Shown: positions 38,293 through 49,403, counted from the stretch's first letter. The stretch: 64,000 nucleotides of DNA from Candidatus Levyibacteriota bacterium (GCA_963722305.1 CAVRKE010000002.1:187878-251877), one strand, 5' to 3'. Notes: generated by a model from the sequence alone, not told the origin. A program made the numbers and translations.

Positions 38293-38766
38293 TTAGAATC
38301 TGAAGTGACTGAAAGCCCTATTGGCCTCTGCCATACGAAGGACGGTATCTCTTTTTTTGATGGCTGCGCCTTCATTTTTTGAAGCATCTAGAATTTCTGC
38401 CGCTAATTTTTCCGCGAAAGTGTGGTAATCTTTACTGGACCTGGCCCTAGCTGCTTCCAAAATCCAGCGAATAGCAAGACTAAGACGTCTGTCTCCTCTA
38501 ACTTCCTGCGGAACCTGGTATGATGCTCCTCCGACGCGTCTGGCTTTGACTTCGGTTTTTGGCCCGACATTGTTAATGGCGGTTTCAAAAAGAGCTAAAG
38601 GGTCTCCGCTATCTTTTTTAAGCAACTCGAAACTGGCATAAAAAGCTTTTTCCGCCACGTTTTTTTTACCGTCTCTCATCATCCGGTTGATGAATTTGGT
38701 AACAAGCTTGTTCTGATAAATTTTATCTTCTTTTATTTCCCTTTTTTGTACTTTTTTATGTCGCAT
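38293..38766 (-). CDS. rpsG: 30S ribosomal protein S7
   Basis: S7 signature; 157 aa. Confidence 0.9.
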   Translation of the reverse strand: MRHKKVQKREIKEDKIYQNKLVTKFINRMMRDGKKNVAEKAFYASFELLKKDSGDPLALFETAINNVGPKTEVKARRVGGASYQVPQEVRGDRRLSLAIRWILEAARARSSKDYHTFAEKLAAEILDASKNEGAAIKKRDTVLRMAEANRAFSHFRF

Positions 38767-38780
38767 ATTTTAAATCTTGA

Positions 38781-39272
38781 CTATTGAGCCGGTGCCTCCG
38801 CCGCCGCTGGTTGTGGAGCTGCCGGTGCACTTGCCGGTGCCGCACCGGCTACTCTGGTTGGTCCTCCCGCTTTCTTAGCTCCATATTTGCTTCTTGACCT
38901 TTTTCTGCCCTCAACCCCCATTAAATCAAATTTTCCCCTGATGATATGATATTTCACTCCCGGCAAATCCTTGACTCTGCCGCCTCTGACGAGCACTATT
39001 CCGTGTTCCGAAAGAGAATGCCCGATTCCCTGAATATAAGCCGTTACCTCGGTGCGGTTAGAAAGCTTGACGCGGGCAACTTTCCTTAAAGCCGAATTTG
39101 GTTTTTTGGGGGTCATGGTCTTGACCAAAGTTACCACTCCGCGTTTTTGTGGAGACTCTAAGTTTTTATATCTTCGCTCTTTGGCGTTAAAAATTCTCCT
39201 TAACCCGGTGGCTTTTACTTTTTTTAATTTTCTTTTTCTGCCTTTTTTGGCCAGTTGACTAAGTGTTGGCAT
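38781..39272 (-). CDS. rpsL: 30S ribosomal protein S12 with a ~38-aa alanine/proline-rich C-terminal tail
   Basis: S12 core, then ...[31 protein letters not shown]. Confidence 0.9.
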   Translation of the reverse strand: MPTLSQLAKKGRKRKLKKVKATGLRRIFNAKERRYKNLESPQKRGVVTLVKTMTPKKPNSALRKVARVKLSNRTEVTAYIQGIGHSLSEHGIVLVRGGRVKDLPGVKYHIIRGKFDLMGVEGRKRSRSKYGAKKAGGPTRVAGAAPASAPAAPQPAAAEAPAQ

Positions 39273-39285
39273 AAATTAAATTGAT

Positions 39286-39311
39286 AATTGAAAATTGAAA
39301 ATTGAAAATTG
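39286..39311. repeat. 7-bp tandem repeat (AATTGAA)x~3.7 in the rpoC-rpsL spacer
   Basis: Counted directly. Confidence 0.85.
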
Positions 39312-39318
39312 CTTCATA

Positions 39319-42300
39319 TTATACTGTTTCGGGAACATTTCCTTCAACCGGAATCAATCTTCCGATAATGACGTTTTCTTTAAGCCCGACTAAGTGGTCT
39401 TCTGCTCCCTCCAAAGCCGCGTCGGTCAAAACCTTAGTGGTTTCCTGGAATGAAGAGGCCGAAAGCCATGAATCCGAGAAAAGAGATGACTTGGTAATTC
39501 CTAAAATTGTTCGCCTGGCAGTGGCCGGTTCTCCGCCCTGAGACAAAACCTCGGCATTGATTTGTTCGAATCTGGTATTGGTAATGAAATCGCCGGGGAT
39601 TAACGACGTATCTCCGACTGTTTCCACAATTACTTTATCTGACATTTTGCGAAGAACCACTTCAAAATGTTTGTCGTTAATGGCAATTCCCTGTGATTCA
39701 TAAACCTTTTGTGCTTCGGCCACAATATACCTTTGTCCGTCAATCAAACCTTTAATCTTAATTACTTCTTTAGGATCAAGATATCCCTGGGCAAGTTGTT
39801 TCCCGGCCGAAATTTCGTCTCCGTCGGCAACTTCCAAAGTTGAAGCCATCGGAACAAAATATTCTCTTTCGTCTGCCGGTTTAGTTCTGGAACTTTTAAC
39901 TTTAATAATATAACCGTCTTCTCCCGTTTCGATACTTACTTTTCCGGAAATTTCCGAAATCGGCGACAAACTTTTCGGCGTTCGCATTTCAAAAAGCTCT
40001 TCCACTCTTGGCAAACCGTGGGTCACATCCTGCATGACCGCTCCCGCCACGTACCTCGTTCTCATTGTCAGCTGGGTACCCGGTTCTCCAATTGATTGGG
40101 CGGCGGTTACACCAACCGGAACTCCCGACTCAACGGTTCTTCTGGTAGAAAAATCCCAACCATAGCATTTTTCGCAAATTCCATATTCCAGTTTGCAGGT
40201 AATCGGACTTCTGACAATTACTTCTTCGACGCCTTCTGCCACTATTTGTTTTACTTTCTCTTCGCTTATTTCCTCTCCGGCCTTGACAATTTCTTTCTTG
40301 TTTTTCTTGGAGACAATTTTTTCTCCTGCGTATCTGCCGACGATTCTATCACCAAACGCAGCTGTTCTACCGGCCTCATGGGCGGAAACTAAAATCCCCT
40401 CTGTAGTACCACAATCACTGCTTCGGACAATTACATCATGAGAGACATCAACTAATCTGCGGGTTAAGTATCCGGCGTTAGCCGTCTTTAGAGCCGAATC
40501 AGTTAAACCTTTTCTGGAACCGCGAGCACTGGCAACATATTCAAAAATTGAAAGACCCTGCCTGAAATTGCCTTTAATCGGCAGCTCAACAATTTTTCCC
40601 ATCGGGTCCATAATCAGTCCTCGCATGGCCGAGAGCTGTTTCAATTGTTCCTTCCCGGCTCTGGCTCCTTCGGAATCGATAATGATTTTGATGACATTGC
40701 TTTGGCTTAAACCATCCCAAGTTAAAGTGGCAATTTTATCGGTTGCTTCAAGCCAGATATCGTTGGACAATCGCTTTTTTTCTTCATAAGTAATTAAGCC
40801 TTCCTGGTAATCTGCTTCCACCCCCATGACTTTTTTCTCCGCTTCCTGAATGAATTTATCTTTTTCCGGAATCATTTGGTTATCAAAAACCGAAACCGAA
40901 ATCCCCGAAACCGTTGAACCGTAGAATCCAAGCGCCTTAATACTGTCAATAATCGCTTCTACTTCTTCCGAGGTATATTGCTTGATGGCAGTTGTCACAA
41001 TTCTTTTAATGCCCGAAGCCTTAACCGCATCGTTAATAAAACCGAAGTCCTTAGGTAACCTTTCGTTAAACATTAACCTTCCGACTGTGGTTTCAACCGT
41101 TTTTCCGTCAATTTTTACGTCAATCGGCTCCCTTAATTTGATTCTTCCCAACGAGTGTGCCAGAAAGGCTTCGTTATAATTGGCAAAACTTAAATTTGTC
41201 TCTTTTTTTAACGCCGGGTTCATGCTGGTTAAATAGAAAACTCCGACTGCCATTTCTTTGTTTGGGAGTGTAATCGGGCTTCCGTCGGCAGGCTTTAAGA
41301 GATTGTGTCTTGGCATCATTAGGGAGATCGCCTCCTCCTGCGCTTTTGAAGACAAAGGAATGTGTACTGCCATCTGGTCGCCGTCAAAATCCGCGTTGTA
41401 ACCGGCACAAACACAGGGGTGCAAAGCGATGGCACTACCTTCAATCAGCACCGGATAAAAAGCCTGAATTCCTAATTTATGCAGTGTCGGAGCCCTATTG
41501 AGCAACACCGGATGGCCTTTGGTTATTTCCTCCAAGATATCGAAGACTTCGGGACTCCTTTTTTCAATAAATCTTTTGGCGGATTTGATATTTGGAGCAT
41601 AACCCCTGACAATTACTTCACGAAGGACAAACGGCTTAAACATTTCCAAAGCCATTTCCTTAGGTAATCCGCATTGGGAAAGATTAAGTTCCGGTCCGAC
41701 GACAATGACCGAGCGCCCTGAATAATCAACTCTTTTTCCTAGGAGATTTTGCCTGAATCTTCCCTGTTTTCCCCTAAGCATATCCGACAGAGACCTTAAG
41801 GGCGAAATAACAACCTGACTTGACCTTTGCGATGCGTCAATTAACGAGTCAACCGATTCCTGCAGCATTCTTTTTTCGTTTCTTAAAATTATTTCCGGTG
41901 CTCCAAGCGAAATTAAATGTTTTAAGCGGTTATTTCTGTTAATCACTCTTCTGTACAAATCATTTAAATCCGACGTCGCAAATCTTCCTCCGGCTAACTG
42001 GACCATTGGTCGAAGGTCAGGTGGAATAACCGGTAAAACAGAAAGTACCATCGAAGCCGGTGTGATTCCCGCTTTTCTCATTTTTTCCAATAGCCTTAAC
42101 CTTTTAATTAATTTGAAATATCTTTGTCCTTTTGATTTTGCAGTTTCATCCCTAAGGGTAACGATTAAGCCCGCTATATCAATCTTTTCAATCAGTTCTG
42201 ATAATCCTTCCGCACCGGTTTTTATGGTGAAGAAAACCGGTATTTCATATTCTAAAAGCTTAAAGTATTCATCCTCGGACAAAACACTACCAACTTTAAG

Positions 42301-43032
42301 ACTTTTAATCAGCTTGGAAAGTGCATCTTTGATTTCGTCAAGTTTTTTGTTTTCGGCTGCTGCTCTTTCTTCTAAGCGCGCTACTCTTTGTCTTTTTTGC
42401 AGGTCAAATTCCTGGTTCATTAGCTCTTTTTGTTCGCCCTTAACTTTTGTCTTGGCAGCTTCTTTTAGTTTGTCTGCCATTTCTTTTTCGATAACCTTTT
42501 CTTCCACTTCAATTTCTTTTTTCTGAGCCACTTTTCTTTGTTCAATGGTTTTTTCCAAATCCGTTAAAGCTTGCTTTTTCTTTTCGTCGTCAAGCTCGGT
42601 AACCAAATAGGAGGCGTAATAAATAACCCCCTCGAGGCTCTTTTGCGACATATCCAGAATTAATGACAGAGGCGAAGACGAACCCTTGAAAAACCAAACA
42701 TGGGAAACCGGTGCCGCTAAAGTAATATGTCCCATTCTCTCGCGTCTTACCCTTGAAAGCGTAACCTCAACACCGCATTTATCGCAAATTATTCCTCTAT
42801 TCCTGATTCTTTTGTATTTTCCGCAATAACATTCCCAATCTTTAGTCGGGCCAAAAATCCTTTCATCAAACAGTCCGTCTTTTTCCGGCCGCAAAGTTCT
42901 GTAATTAATTGTCTCCGGTTTAGTAACTTCACCATAAGACCAATTCATGATGTCTTCTTTGCTGGCCAGAAGAATCTTTAATGACTTAAAATCTAAAATT
43001 GTAATGTCTTTATTTTTCTTATCGTTATTCAT
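39319..43032 (-). CDS. rpoC: DNA-directed RNA polymerase subunit beta'
   Basis: NADFDGD catalytic motif; 1237 aa; intact. Confidence 0.95.
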   Translation of the reverse strand: MNNDKKNKDITILDFKSLKILLASKEDIMNWSYGEVTKPETINYRTLRPEKDGLFDERIFGPTKDWECYCGKYKRIRNRGIICDKCGVEVTLSRVRRERMGHITLAAPVSHVWFFKGSSSPLSLILDMSQKSLEGVIYYASYLVTELDDEKKKQALTDLEKTIEQRKVAQKKEIEVEEKVIEKEMADKLKEAAKTKVKGEQKELMNQEFDLQKRQRVARLEERAAAENKKLDEIKDALSKLIKSLKVGSVLSEDEYFKLLEYEIPVFFTIKTGAEGLSELIEKIDIAGLIVTLRDETAKSKGQRYFKLIKRLRLLEKMRKAGITPASMVLSVLPVIPPDLRPMVQLAGGRFATSDLNDLYRRVINRNNRLKHLISLGAPEIILRNEKRMLQESVDSLIDASQRSSQVVISPLRSLSDMLRGKQGRFRQNLLGKRVDYSGRSVIVVGPELNLSQCGLPKEMALEMFKPFVLREVIVRGYAPNIKSAKRFIEKRSPEVFDILEEITKGHPVLLNRAPTLHKLGIQAFYPVLIEGSAIALHPCVCAGYNADFDGDQMAVHIPLSSKAQEEAISLMMPRHNLLKPADGSPITLPNKEMAVGVFYLTSMNPALKKETNLSFANYNEAFLAHSLGRIKLREPIDVKIDGKTVETTVGRLMFNERLPKDFGFINDAVKASGIKRIVTTAIKQYTSEEVEAIIDSIKALGFYGSTVSGISVSVFDNQMIPEKDKFIQEAEKKVMGVEADYQEGLITYEEKKRLSNDIWLEATDKIATLTWDGLSQSNVIKIIIDSEGARAGKEQLKQLSAMRGLIMDPMGKIVELPIKGNFRQGLSIFEYVASARGSRKGLTDSALKTANAGYLTRRLVDVSHDVIVRSSDCGTTEGILVSAHEAGRTAAFGDRIVGRYAGEKIVSKKNKKEIVKAGEEISEEKVKQIVAEGVEEVIVRSPITCKLEYGICEKCYGWDFSTRRTVESGVPVGVTAAQSIGEPGTQLTMRTRYVAGAVMQDVTHGLPRVEELFEMRTPKSLSPISEISGKVSIETGEDGYIIKVKSSRTKPADEREYFVPMASTLEVADGDEISAGKQLAQGYLDPKEVIKIKGLIDGQRYIVAEAQKVYESQGIAINDKHFEVVLRKMSDKVIVETVGDTSLIPGDFITNTRFEQINAEVLSQGGEPATARRTILGITKSSLFSDSWLSASSFQETTKVLTDAALEGAEDHLVGLKENVIIGRLIPVEGNVPETV

Positions 43033-46000
43033 TCGCTTTTCCTTCCCCTCCTTCGGCCAATTCTACTCCTGCGTTTTGCGAAGTCCCTTCGCTTTGGTCC
43101 AAAATTTCTTCTCCGCCTAACTCCTCCTGCATGTTTTTGGCCTCGGCTTCAACCTTTTCTTCTTCCTTTTGCACTTCGGTTGTTTCAAGCGGAACGTCAA
43201 CCGGCGCATCGGAAACAGTGGCGCCAACCGGAACAACATTTAGGCCAAGTGCATTTAATTCTTTAATTAAAACTTTAAACGATTCAGGAACTTTAGGCGT
43301 CGGGATATCCATACCTTTAACGATTGCTTCGAAGGCTTTGGCCCTTCCGACAACATCATCCGATTTGGTTGTCAGCATCTCCTGCAAAGTGTATCTTGCC
43401 CGGTGTGCTTCAAGTGCCCAGACTTCCATTTCCCCTAATCTTTGGCCTCCCATTTGCGCTTTTCCACCTAACGGCTGCTGGGTGACCAAAGAGTACGGAC
43501 CGGTTGAGCGGGCATGCGTTTTGTCCTCAACCATATGGATTAACTTCATCATGTATTCAATTCCGACCACTATCGGGTTCTCGTACGGCTCGCCGGTTCT
43601 TCCATCATAAAGAATGGCTTTCCCGTCGATAGGCAGACCGGCTTTTTTCAGTTCTGCGACCACCCTTTCTTCATCAACTTCTTCAAAAACCGGCATTCCG
43701 ATTTTATGTTGTAAGTTACTTGCTCCCCAGCCAAGATGTGCTTCCAAAAGTTGCCCTAAATTCATACGGGCCAGTACCGAAATCGGTGAAATAATAATGT
43801 CAACCGGCGTACCGTCAGCCAAATGTGGCATATCAACTGCCGGAAGAATTTTAGAAATGACACCTTTGTTTCCGTGTCTTCCCGCCAGTTTATCCCCAAT
43901 CACGACATGCCTTAACTGCGCAACCTCAACAATAATTTTTCTTAAAGTTCCCGGTTCCAACTCGTCACCTTTTTTCCTGTCAAGAATCTGCACATTAATA
44001 ACCGTACCTTTTTCTCCGTGCGGCATCCGAAGCGATGTGTCTCTAACTTCCCTGGCCTGTTCTCCGAATATTGCCCGCAGTAATCTTTCTTCTGCCGACA
44101 ATTCCGTTTCGCCTTTTGGAGCAATTTTTCCGACTAAGATATCGCCGGGGCTAACCTCCGAACCAATCACGACTACTCCGTCTTCATCCAGATTGGCCAA
44201 ATCCTCTTCGGAAACATTTGGAATATCCCTGGTTGTTTCTTCCGGTCCCAATTTTGTCTCAACCACTGCCGCCTCATATTTTTCAATGTGGATTGACGAA
44301 AGAGTGTCTTCCTTAACCAACCTGTCCGAGATGACAATTCCGTCTTCATAACCCAACCCATCCAAAGACGTGTAGGCAATCAAAAGGTTTTGTCCTAGGG
44401 CCAATTCTCCATTTTGCGAAGCCGGCCCATCCACCAAAAGCTCTCCCTTTTTCACTTTTTGGTCGGTCTTGACCACCGTTCTTTGAGTGTAAGCTGTCGC
44501 TTGCGAGGTTCTTTGGAAAGAATTAACAAGATATGATTGTTCTTCTTTTGCGCCTTTCCCCTTGATGGTTACTTTATTTGCGTCGGCGTAAGTTATAGTT
44601 CCGTCAAAAGGAGCATAAACTACTCTTCCCATCATCTGGGTAATCGCCCCTTCCATGCCCGTTCCGACAATCGGACTGGAAGGACTAATTAACGGTACGG
44701 CCTGACACTGCATATGGGTACCCATCAGTGCCCTGTTGGCTTCATCATGTGACACGAAAGGAATTAAAGAAGCGGCCGCACCAACCACCTGACGGGGAAC
44801 AATATCAACGTATTCCATTTTTTCTTTTTCGGTTTCAATAAATTCACCTTTGTATCTGGCCGGTACTCTTTCTTCTAAAATTCTATCGTTATCCGATAAG
44901 ACTTCGGCGTGGGTCACATAATGTTTTTGTTCATCATCTGCCGAAAGATAAACAACTTCGTTGGTGGCTTTGGAAATTACGTCTTTACCGCGTTTTTCGT
45001 GAACCATTTTTCGGTAAGGTGCTTCCAAAAAGCCAAACTCATTGACTCTGGCATAGAGGGACATATAAGTCACCAAACCGATATTCGGGCCCTCAGGGCT
45101 TCTAATCGGACAAATTCTTGAATATTGTGAGCTGTTAATATCGCGGATTGAAAAAGCCGCTCTTTCTCTGGAGATTCCACCGGTTCCCATCACGGTTAAG
45201 CGGTTGAGGTTGTCTATTTCGGAAAGCGGGTTGGTTTGGTCTAAAATTGTGGAGAGTTGGGAGGTGCGGAAGAACTCGTTAATCGATGCCATAATTGGCC
45301 TGGCATTAATTAGCCCTCCAATTGAAATTGGCAAATCAGGTTGAATAAGGCTCATTCTTTCCTTGACAGACCGCTCTAATCTTAATGCGCCAATACGAAA
45401 AGCTGTTGTTTGCACCAGTTCCCCGACGCATCTGACTCTGCGGTTGGCCAGCGAATCAATGTCATCCAAGCCGTCATGCCCCTGAGCCAGTTTTATTAAA
45501 AAACTGATTGTGCCGATAATATCCTCAACTGTCAAGATTTTTGTTTCTAAGGATGGCGCGTAAAATCCGGCTGTTCCTTCCAGTTTTTTATTGATTTTAT
45601 ATCTTCCAACCGCCCCCAAATCATATCTGCGGTTGTTAAAAAACATTCCGAGGAAATTTTCTTTGACTTTATCCAAAACAATCGGCTCGCCGGGATGCAT
45701 TTTTTTGAAAATCTCAATCAAAGCTTCCGCTGAATCGGTGGTTTCGTCTTTAAGCAAGGTGTTTTCGATGAACTTGGTTTTTCCGTCTGATTCGGTGTCT
45801 CTGAATTTGTTCTTGATATCTTCGTTTAGGGAGATTCCGAGGGCCCGAAGAAAAGTGGTAGCCAAAAACTTTCTGCGTCTGTCAATCTTGACCATCACAG
45901 TTTCATGTCTGGTGGTGGTAAATTCAAGCCAACTTCCATGAACCGGCCTAATTTCCGCATTGTAAAGTGTTTTTCCGGTAACATTGTCCGCTGTGGCAGT

Positions 46001-46438
46001 AAAGAAAACGCCGGGACTTCTCACCAATTGATTTACAACTGCCCGTTCAATCCCATTAATCACAAAAGTTCCCCTGTCTGTCATTTGGGGAATGTCGCCT
46101 AAAAAGACTTCCTGGTCATATTGGCTTTGGGTTTTCTTATTGGTAAGAGTAGCGTTAACGTACAACGGGGCGTCAAAAGTGACACCCTTGGAAAGAGCAA
46201 TTTCCGGAGTATTTGAGGCCTTTCCTAAACGGTAATCTTTAAGGGTTAACGTCCAGTTTTTTTCCGTAAAGTCGTCAATTGGCGAAATTTCATCCAGAAC
46301 TTCCTTAATTCCTTTTTCCAAAAACCACTGATATGAATGCTTTTGTGTTGCTAAGAGGTCTAATTTTGGCAGGAGAGAAAATTCTTTACCCCAATTTTCC
46401 CTAATCTTATTCTTATGGTCGTTTGTGTCGGTTTTGGC
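43025..46438 (-). CDS. rpoB: DNA-directed RNA polymerase subunit beta (the ORF extends to 46486; the likely start is MAKTD...)
   Basis: rpoB signature regions. Overlaps rpoC by 8 nt. Confidence 0.95.
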   Translation of the reverse strand, partial: AKTDTNDHKNKIRENWGKEFSLLPKLDLLATQKHSYQWFLEKGIKEVLDEISPIDDFTEKNWTLTLKDYRLGKASNTPEIALSKGVTFDAPLYVNATLTNKKTQSQYDQEVFLGDIPQMTDRGTFVINGIERAVVNQLVRSPGVFFTATADNVTGKTLYNAEIRPVHGSWLEFTTTRHETVMVKIDRRRKFLATTFLRALGISLNEDIKNKFRDTESDGKTKFIENTLLKDETTDSAEALIEIFKKMHPGEPIVLDKVKENFLGMFFNNRRYDLGAVGRYKINKKLEGTAGFYAPSLETKILTVEDIIGTISFLIKLAQGHDGLDDIDSLANRRVRCVGELVQTTAFRIGALRLERSVKERMSLIQPDLPISIGGLINARPIMASINEFFRTSQLSTILDQTNPLSEIDNLNRLTVMGTGGISRERAAFSIRDINSSQYSRICPIRSPEGPNIGLVTYMSLYARVNEFGFLEAPYRKMVHEKRGKDVISKATNEVVYLSADDEQKHYVTHAEVLSDNDRILEERVPARYKGEFIETEKEKMEYVDIVPRQVVGAAASLIPFVSHDEANRALMGTHMQCQAVPLISPSSPIVGTGMEGAITQMMGRVVYAPFDGTITYADANKVTIKGKGAKEEQSYLVNSFQRTSQATAYTQRTVVKTDQKVKKGELLVDGPASQNGELALGQNLLIAYTSLDGLGYEDGIVISDRLVKEDTLSSIHIEKYEAAVVETKLGPEETTRDIPNVSEEDLANLDEDGVVVIGSEVSPGDILVGKIAPKGETELSAEERLLRAIFGEQAREVRDTSLRMPHGEKGTVINVQILDRKKGDELEPGTLRKIIVEVAQLRHVVIGDKLAGRHGNKGVISKILPAVDMPHLADGTPVDIIISPISVLARMNLGQLLEAHLGWGASNLQHKIGMPVFEEVDEERVVAELKKAGLPIDGKAILYDGRTGEPYENPIVVGIEYMMKLIHMVEDKTHARSTGPYSLVTQQPLGGKAQMGGQRLGEMEVWALEAHRARYTLQEMLTTKSDDVVGRAKAFEAIVKGMDIPTPKVPESFKVLIKELNALGLNVVPVGATVSDAPVDVPLETTEVQKEEEKVEAEAKNMQEELGGEEILDQSEGTSQNAGVELAEGGEGKANE

Positions 46439-46539
46439 CATTCGTTTGTTTATTTTAAGCTTATAGAAAGTGCTGGCTGATGCCAAAAAAATGGCAAAGG
46501 TATCTCACCTTTTCCATTTGTTTCCTATAGAGTGTAGAT

Positions 46540-46570
46540 TTTATATCATAAATATCGAAGTGCTGTCAAG
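46540..46570 (-). promoter_or_regulatory. Candidate sigma-70-like promoter upstream of rpoB (-35 TTGACA, 19-nt spacer, -10 TATAAA)
   Basis: On the minus strand: TTGACAgcacttcgatatttatgaTATAAA. The spacer is slightly long. Confidence 0.3.
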
Positions 46571-46594
46571 GGTTAAATTGATAATCTATCTACG

Positions 46595-47923
46595 CTATAT
46601 CGCAGGATAAAGTTTTAGGTCGCCTAAAACTTTCTTTCTATTTATAAATAGTAGTGTGCCAAAAATAAAAACAATTACTGCCCCTAACCCAATTGCAAAC
46701 GAAGTCCCAAACCTGTCTGATAACCAACCGACCTCAAAACTACCTATAGGAGCTGTTCCTATAAACATTAGAACATAGATGCTCATTACTCTGCCCCGCA
46801 GTTCGTGGGTCACAATGTTTTGGATTGTCGAATTTAAAGTTGTCACCTGTATTAACAATCCAAATCCGGCGAAAAAGAGAAATATTAAACATAATATAAA
46901 ATTAATGTTAAGTGTAAACAGGAAAATTGCTATCGCAAAAAGGAAATTACCGCCAAAAATATATTTTGTTGGCGAAACTTTTTTTGAGGTCGCGGAAACC
47001 AAAACCGTTGCGCAAAGAGCACCTAAACCGGTTGCCGCATACAGATAGCCTAACCCCGCTGCTCCAAGGTGAAAAGTGTTTCGAGCAATGATGGGTAAAA
47101 CAGTGGTAAAAGACCAACCAAAAACTGAAACAATTCCAATGAGAATCAATAGATTTTTAATCACGGGGTGACTAAAAGAAAAGTTAAGTCCCTCTTTGAT
47201 TGCCGCCATGGGATTGAGTTGATGCCGTTGAACAAAATTCGGGACTTTTATCGCAAACAGAGCGATAATAACGGCAATATAACTTATTCCGTTAAGGATA
47301 AATGCTCCACCTGTACCAACCAACACTATTAAGAATCCTGCAATCGTTGGTCCGATTACGCGGGCCGCATTAAATATGCCGGAATTTAGCGCGATAGCGG
47401 AAGACAACCTTTCTTTTCCTACCATTTCCGGAACAAAAGATTGTCTGGCCGGAGAGTCAACCGCATTTACCACTCCCAAAAGAAAGGCAAGCACACAAAT
47501 TTCCTCAACATTTATTATATGCAGAACCGCTAATATTCCCAAGGCAAACGCTAGAATCATTGAACTTGTTTGGGTAAAAATCAAAATTTTTCTTTTCGGG
47601 AATCTGTCAACTACCACTCCTCCATATAAAGAAAAGAAAAGCATTGGCAGACTTCCAATCGCGGTAACAACACCTAATAATAAAGCCGAATTAGTAAGTT
47701 GCAAAACTAACCATCCTTGGGCAACGGTTTGAAGCCAGGTACCAATTAGAGAGATCAACTGGCCAGAAAAATAGAGTAGATAATTTTTGCTTCTAAAGGC
47801 GGGAAACACGGTAAAAATTTTACTTAAATACGGAATTTCTCCAACGCTTATTTCGGGGCTTTCCTCGCTGATGTACTCTGCTTCTTTTTCATAAGACCTA
47901 ACGGCTTGAGGATTTTCTTCCAT
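46595..47923 (-). CDS. MFS-family transporter (~12 transmembrane helices)
   Basis: Hydrophobicity pattern. The likely start is MEENPQ at 47923; the ORF upstream of that overlaps hpt. Confidence 0.8.
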   Translation of the reverse strand: MEENPQAVRSYEKEAEYISEESPEISVGEIPYLSKIFTVFPAFRSKNYLLYFSGQLISLIGTWLQTVAQGWLVLQLTNSALLLGVVTAIGSLPMLFFSLYGGVVVDRFPKRKILIFTQTSSMILAFALGILAVLHIINVEEICVLAFLLGVVNAVDSPARQSFVPEMVGKERLSSAIALNSGIFNAARVIGPTIAGFLIVLVGTGGAFILNGISYIAVIIALFAIKVPNFVQRHQLNPMAAIKEGLNFSFSHPVIKNLLILIGIVSVFGWSFTTVLPIIARNTFHLGAAGLGYLYAATGLGALCATVLVSATSKKVSPTKYIFGGNFLFAIAIFLFTLNINFILCLIFLFFAGFGLLIQVTTLNSTIQNIVTHELRGRVMSIYVLMFIGTAPIGSFEVGWLSDRFGTSFAIGLGAVIVFIFGTLLFINRKKVLGDLKLYPAI

Positions 47924-47931
47924 GAAGTTTA

Positions 47932-48489
47932 TTATACTTGATATTTGTGCGGTCCGACAATAATATTTGGGTCGGCCCTGCCAACTTCTCCCGTATCCAT
48001 TCCAAAACCCTGTATCCAAATATCCGGAATGGTAAAGCCGACATAATTGGCTTTGTAATTGACTTGTCTTCTCTCCGGCTTATCGACAAGCGCTAAAGAC
48101 TCAACCGACTTGGCTTTTTTTGATTCGATTAATTTGTGAACTATCTGCAGACTTCTTCCCGTATCCAAAACGTCATCGATTAATAGCACCTGTCGTCCTT
48201 CAGGGTTAATATCCATATCTTGGACAATCTTCGGTTCATATTTTGCTTTTGTGTCATCAGGATAACTCTTCAACGTTATGAAACTGATTTCCAAATCGGG
48301 GAGACCCTGTTTGTGTAATTCTGCAGTTAAATCCGCGGTTAATTTAAATGCCCCTTTTAAAATCCCAACCACCAATAATTTTTTGCCTTTATATTTTCGG
48401 CTAATTTGTAACGACAACTCTGCCAATCTTTTTTGAATCTGCTCATGCGAAATAAGTATATCACCAGGCTTGTATTCGGAATTATTCAT
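47932..48489 (-). CDS. hpt: Hypoxanthine/guanine phosphoribosyltransferase
   Basis: PRPP-binding motif VLLIDDVLDTGRS. Confidence 0.85.
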   Translation of the reverse strand: MNNSEYKPGDILISHEQIQKRLAELSLQISRKYKGKKLLVVGILKGAFKLTADLTAELHKQGLPDLEISFITLKSYPDDTKAKYEPKIVQDMDINPEGRQVLLIDDVLDTGRSLQIVHKLIESKKAKSVESLALVDKPERRQVNYKANYVGFTIPDIWIQGFGMDTGEVGRADPNIIVGPHKYQV

Positions 48490-48506
48490 TATTAGTAATT
48501 ATACCA

Positions 48507-48779
48507 TTAGTTATTAGCTTTTTTGACCGTCATGACTTGTCCTTCTGTTAGCGCCAAGATTTCCCCCAGGGATTTCAACAACCTTTTGGCGTGTTCACGG
48601 TTGATTCCGAACCGGCAAACCACCGCAATCTGGTTTGTATTAAGTATTCTTTGTCCGACGTCAAAAACTATTCCGTTATCGCTAATTGTCATTTGAATAT
48701 GGTCCGAAAAAAATACCGGAGTTTGTTGGGTGTTGATGTTTAAATTGAAATTTTTGTCCGCTTTAATATCGTCTGCCAT
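48507..48779 (-). CDS. DUF3467-like small protein
   Basis: 90 aa; the pattern VFFSDHIQMTISDNGIVFDVGQ ... REHAKRLLKSL resembles DUF3467. Confidence 0.5.
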   Translation of the reverse strand: MADDIKADKNFNLNINTQQTPVFFSDHIQMTISDNGIVFDVGQRILNTNQIAVVCRFGINREHAKRLLKSLGEILALTEGQVMTVKKANN

Positions 48780-48833
48780 AACTTATCACCTCCCTTTATT
48801 TTACAAACTGATTATACCTCTTCAGTAGCCAAC

Positions 48834-48861
48834 TTGACATAGAAAAATAAAGGATTATAAT
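48834..48861 (+). promoter_or_regulatory. Consensus sigma-70 promoter TTGACA-N16-TATAAT
   Basis: TTGACA at 48834-48839 and TATAAT at 48856-48861, about 60 nt upstream of the ORF at 48922. Confidence 0.55.
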
Positions 48862-48921
48862 TTTGCGCGGAGGCCTTGCTTGGGCAAACATGCGAGGTCT
48901 CCACTTGTTTATTCTTGACTT

Positions 48922-49320
48922 TTGGCTGAAAAAGAGCTAAATTCCGACTTAGTGAAAGAATACCAAAGATACGGCCTTATCTTTATCCTTTTGATTGTAT
49001 TAATTTTGGTGGCTATCGGTTCCTATTTTGCCGGAGCCTATCTCAAATCAAAAGGGGCAAAAACCGAAGTTAATTCAAAAACGTCAGTCACTTCAATGCC
49101 AACCCCTACCGTTGAAGCCTCACCAAGCGCAGAGACCTCAGTTGCTCCTACTGTATTCATAACCGAAACTCCTACGCCGACTTTGACACCAACGCCTACT
49201 CTTCCACCGCTAAAGGTTCTTCCTAATTTGAAACTTCAATACGCAATACCAACTCCCACCCCAACGCCAATACAACTTCAACAGATTAATAAAAATATTC
49301 TCCAGAAGATTACGCCATAA
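48922..49320 (+). CDS. Membrane-anchored Pro/Thr-rich hypothetical protein
   Basis: One transmembrane helix, then TPTPT low-complexity repeats. Confidence 0.5.
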   Translation: MAEKELNSDLVKEYQRYGLIFILLIVLILVAIGSYFAGAYLKSKGAKTEVNSKTSVTSMPTPTVEASPSAETSVAPTVFITETPTPTLTPTPTLPPLKVLPNLKLQYAIPTPTPTPIQLQQINKNILQKITP

Positions 49321-49403
49321 CCAAAGAACTATCACTTTTTCTCCGCCGATTGAGAAGTGAAATTAAGTCTTGCAAAATTTTTTGAAAGTTTAGCTTAGTT
49401 TTC

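Noticed and set aside
43614-44351. 245-aa ORF on the plus strand inside rpoB, and similar long antisense ORFs inside rpoC (42062-42526), fusA (36438-36851) and ftsK (60693-61502)
   Set aside because: They lie entirely antisense to well-supported conserved genes. Their products are low-complexity, S/T/P-rich, with no motifs. This is a typical artefact of codon-biased coding sequence.
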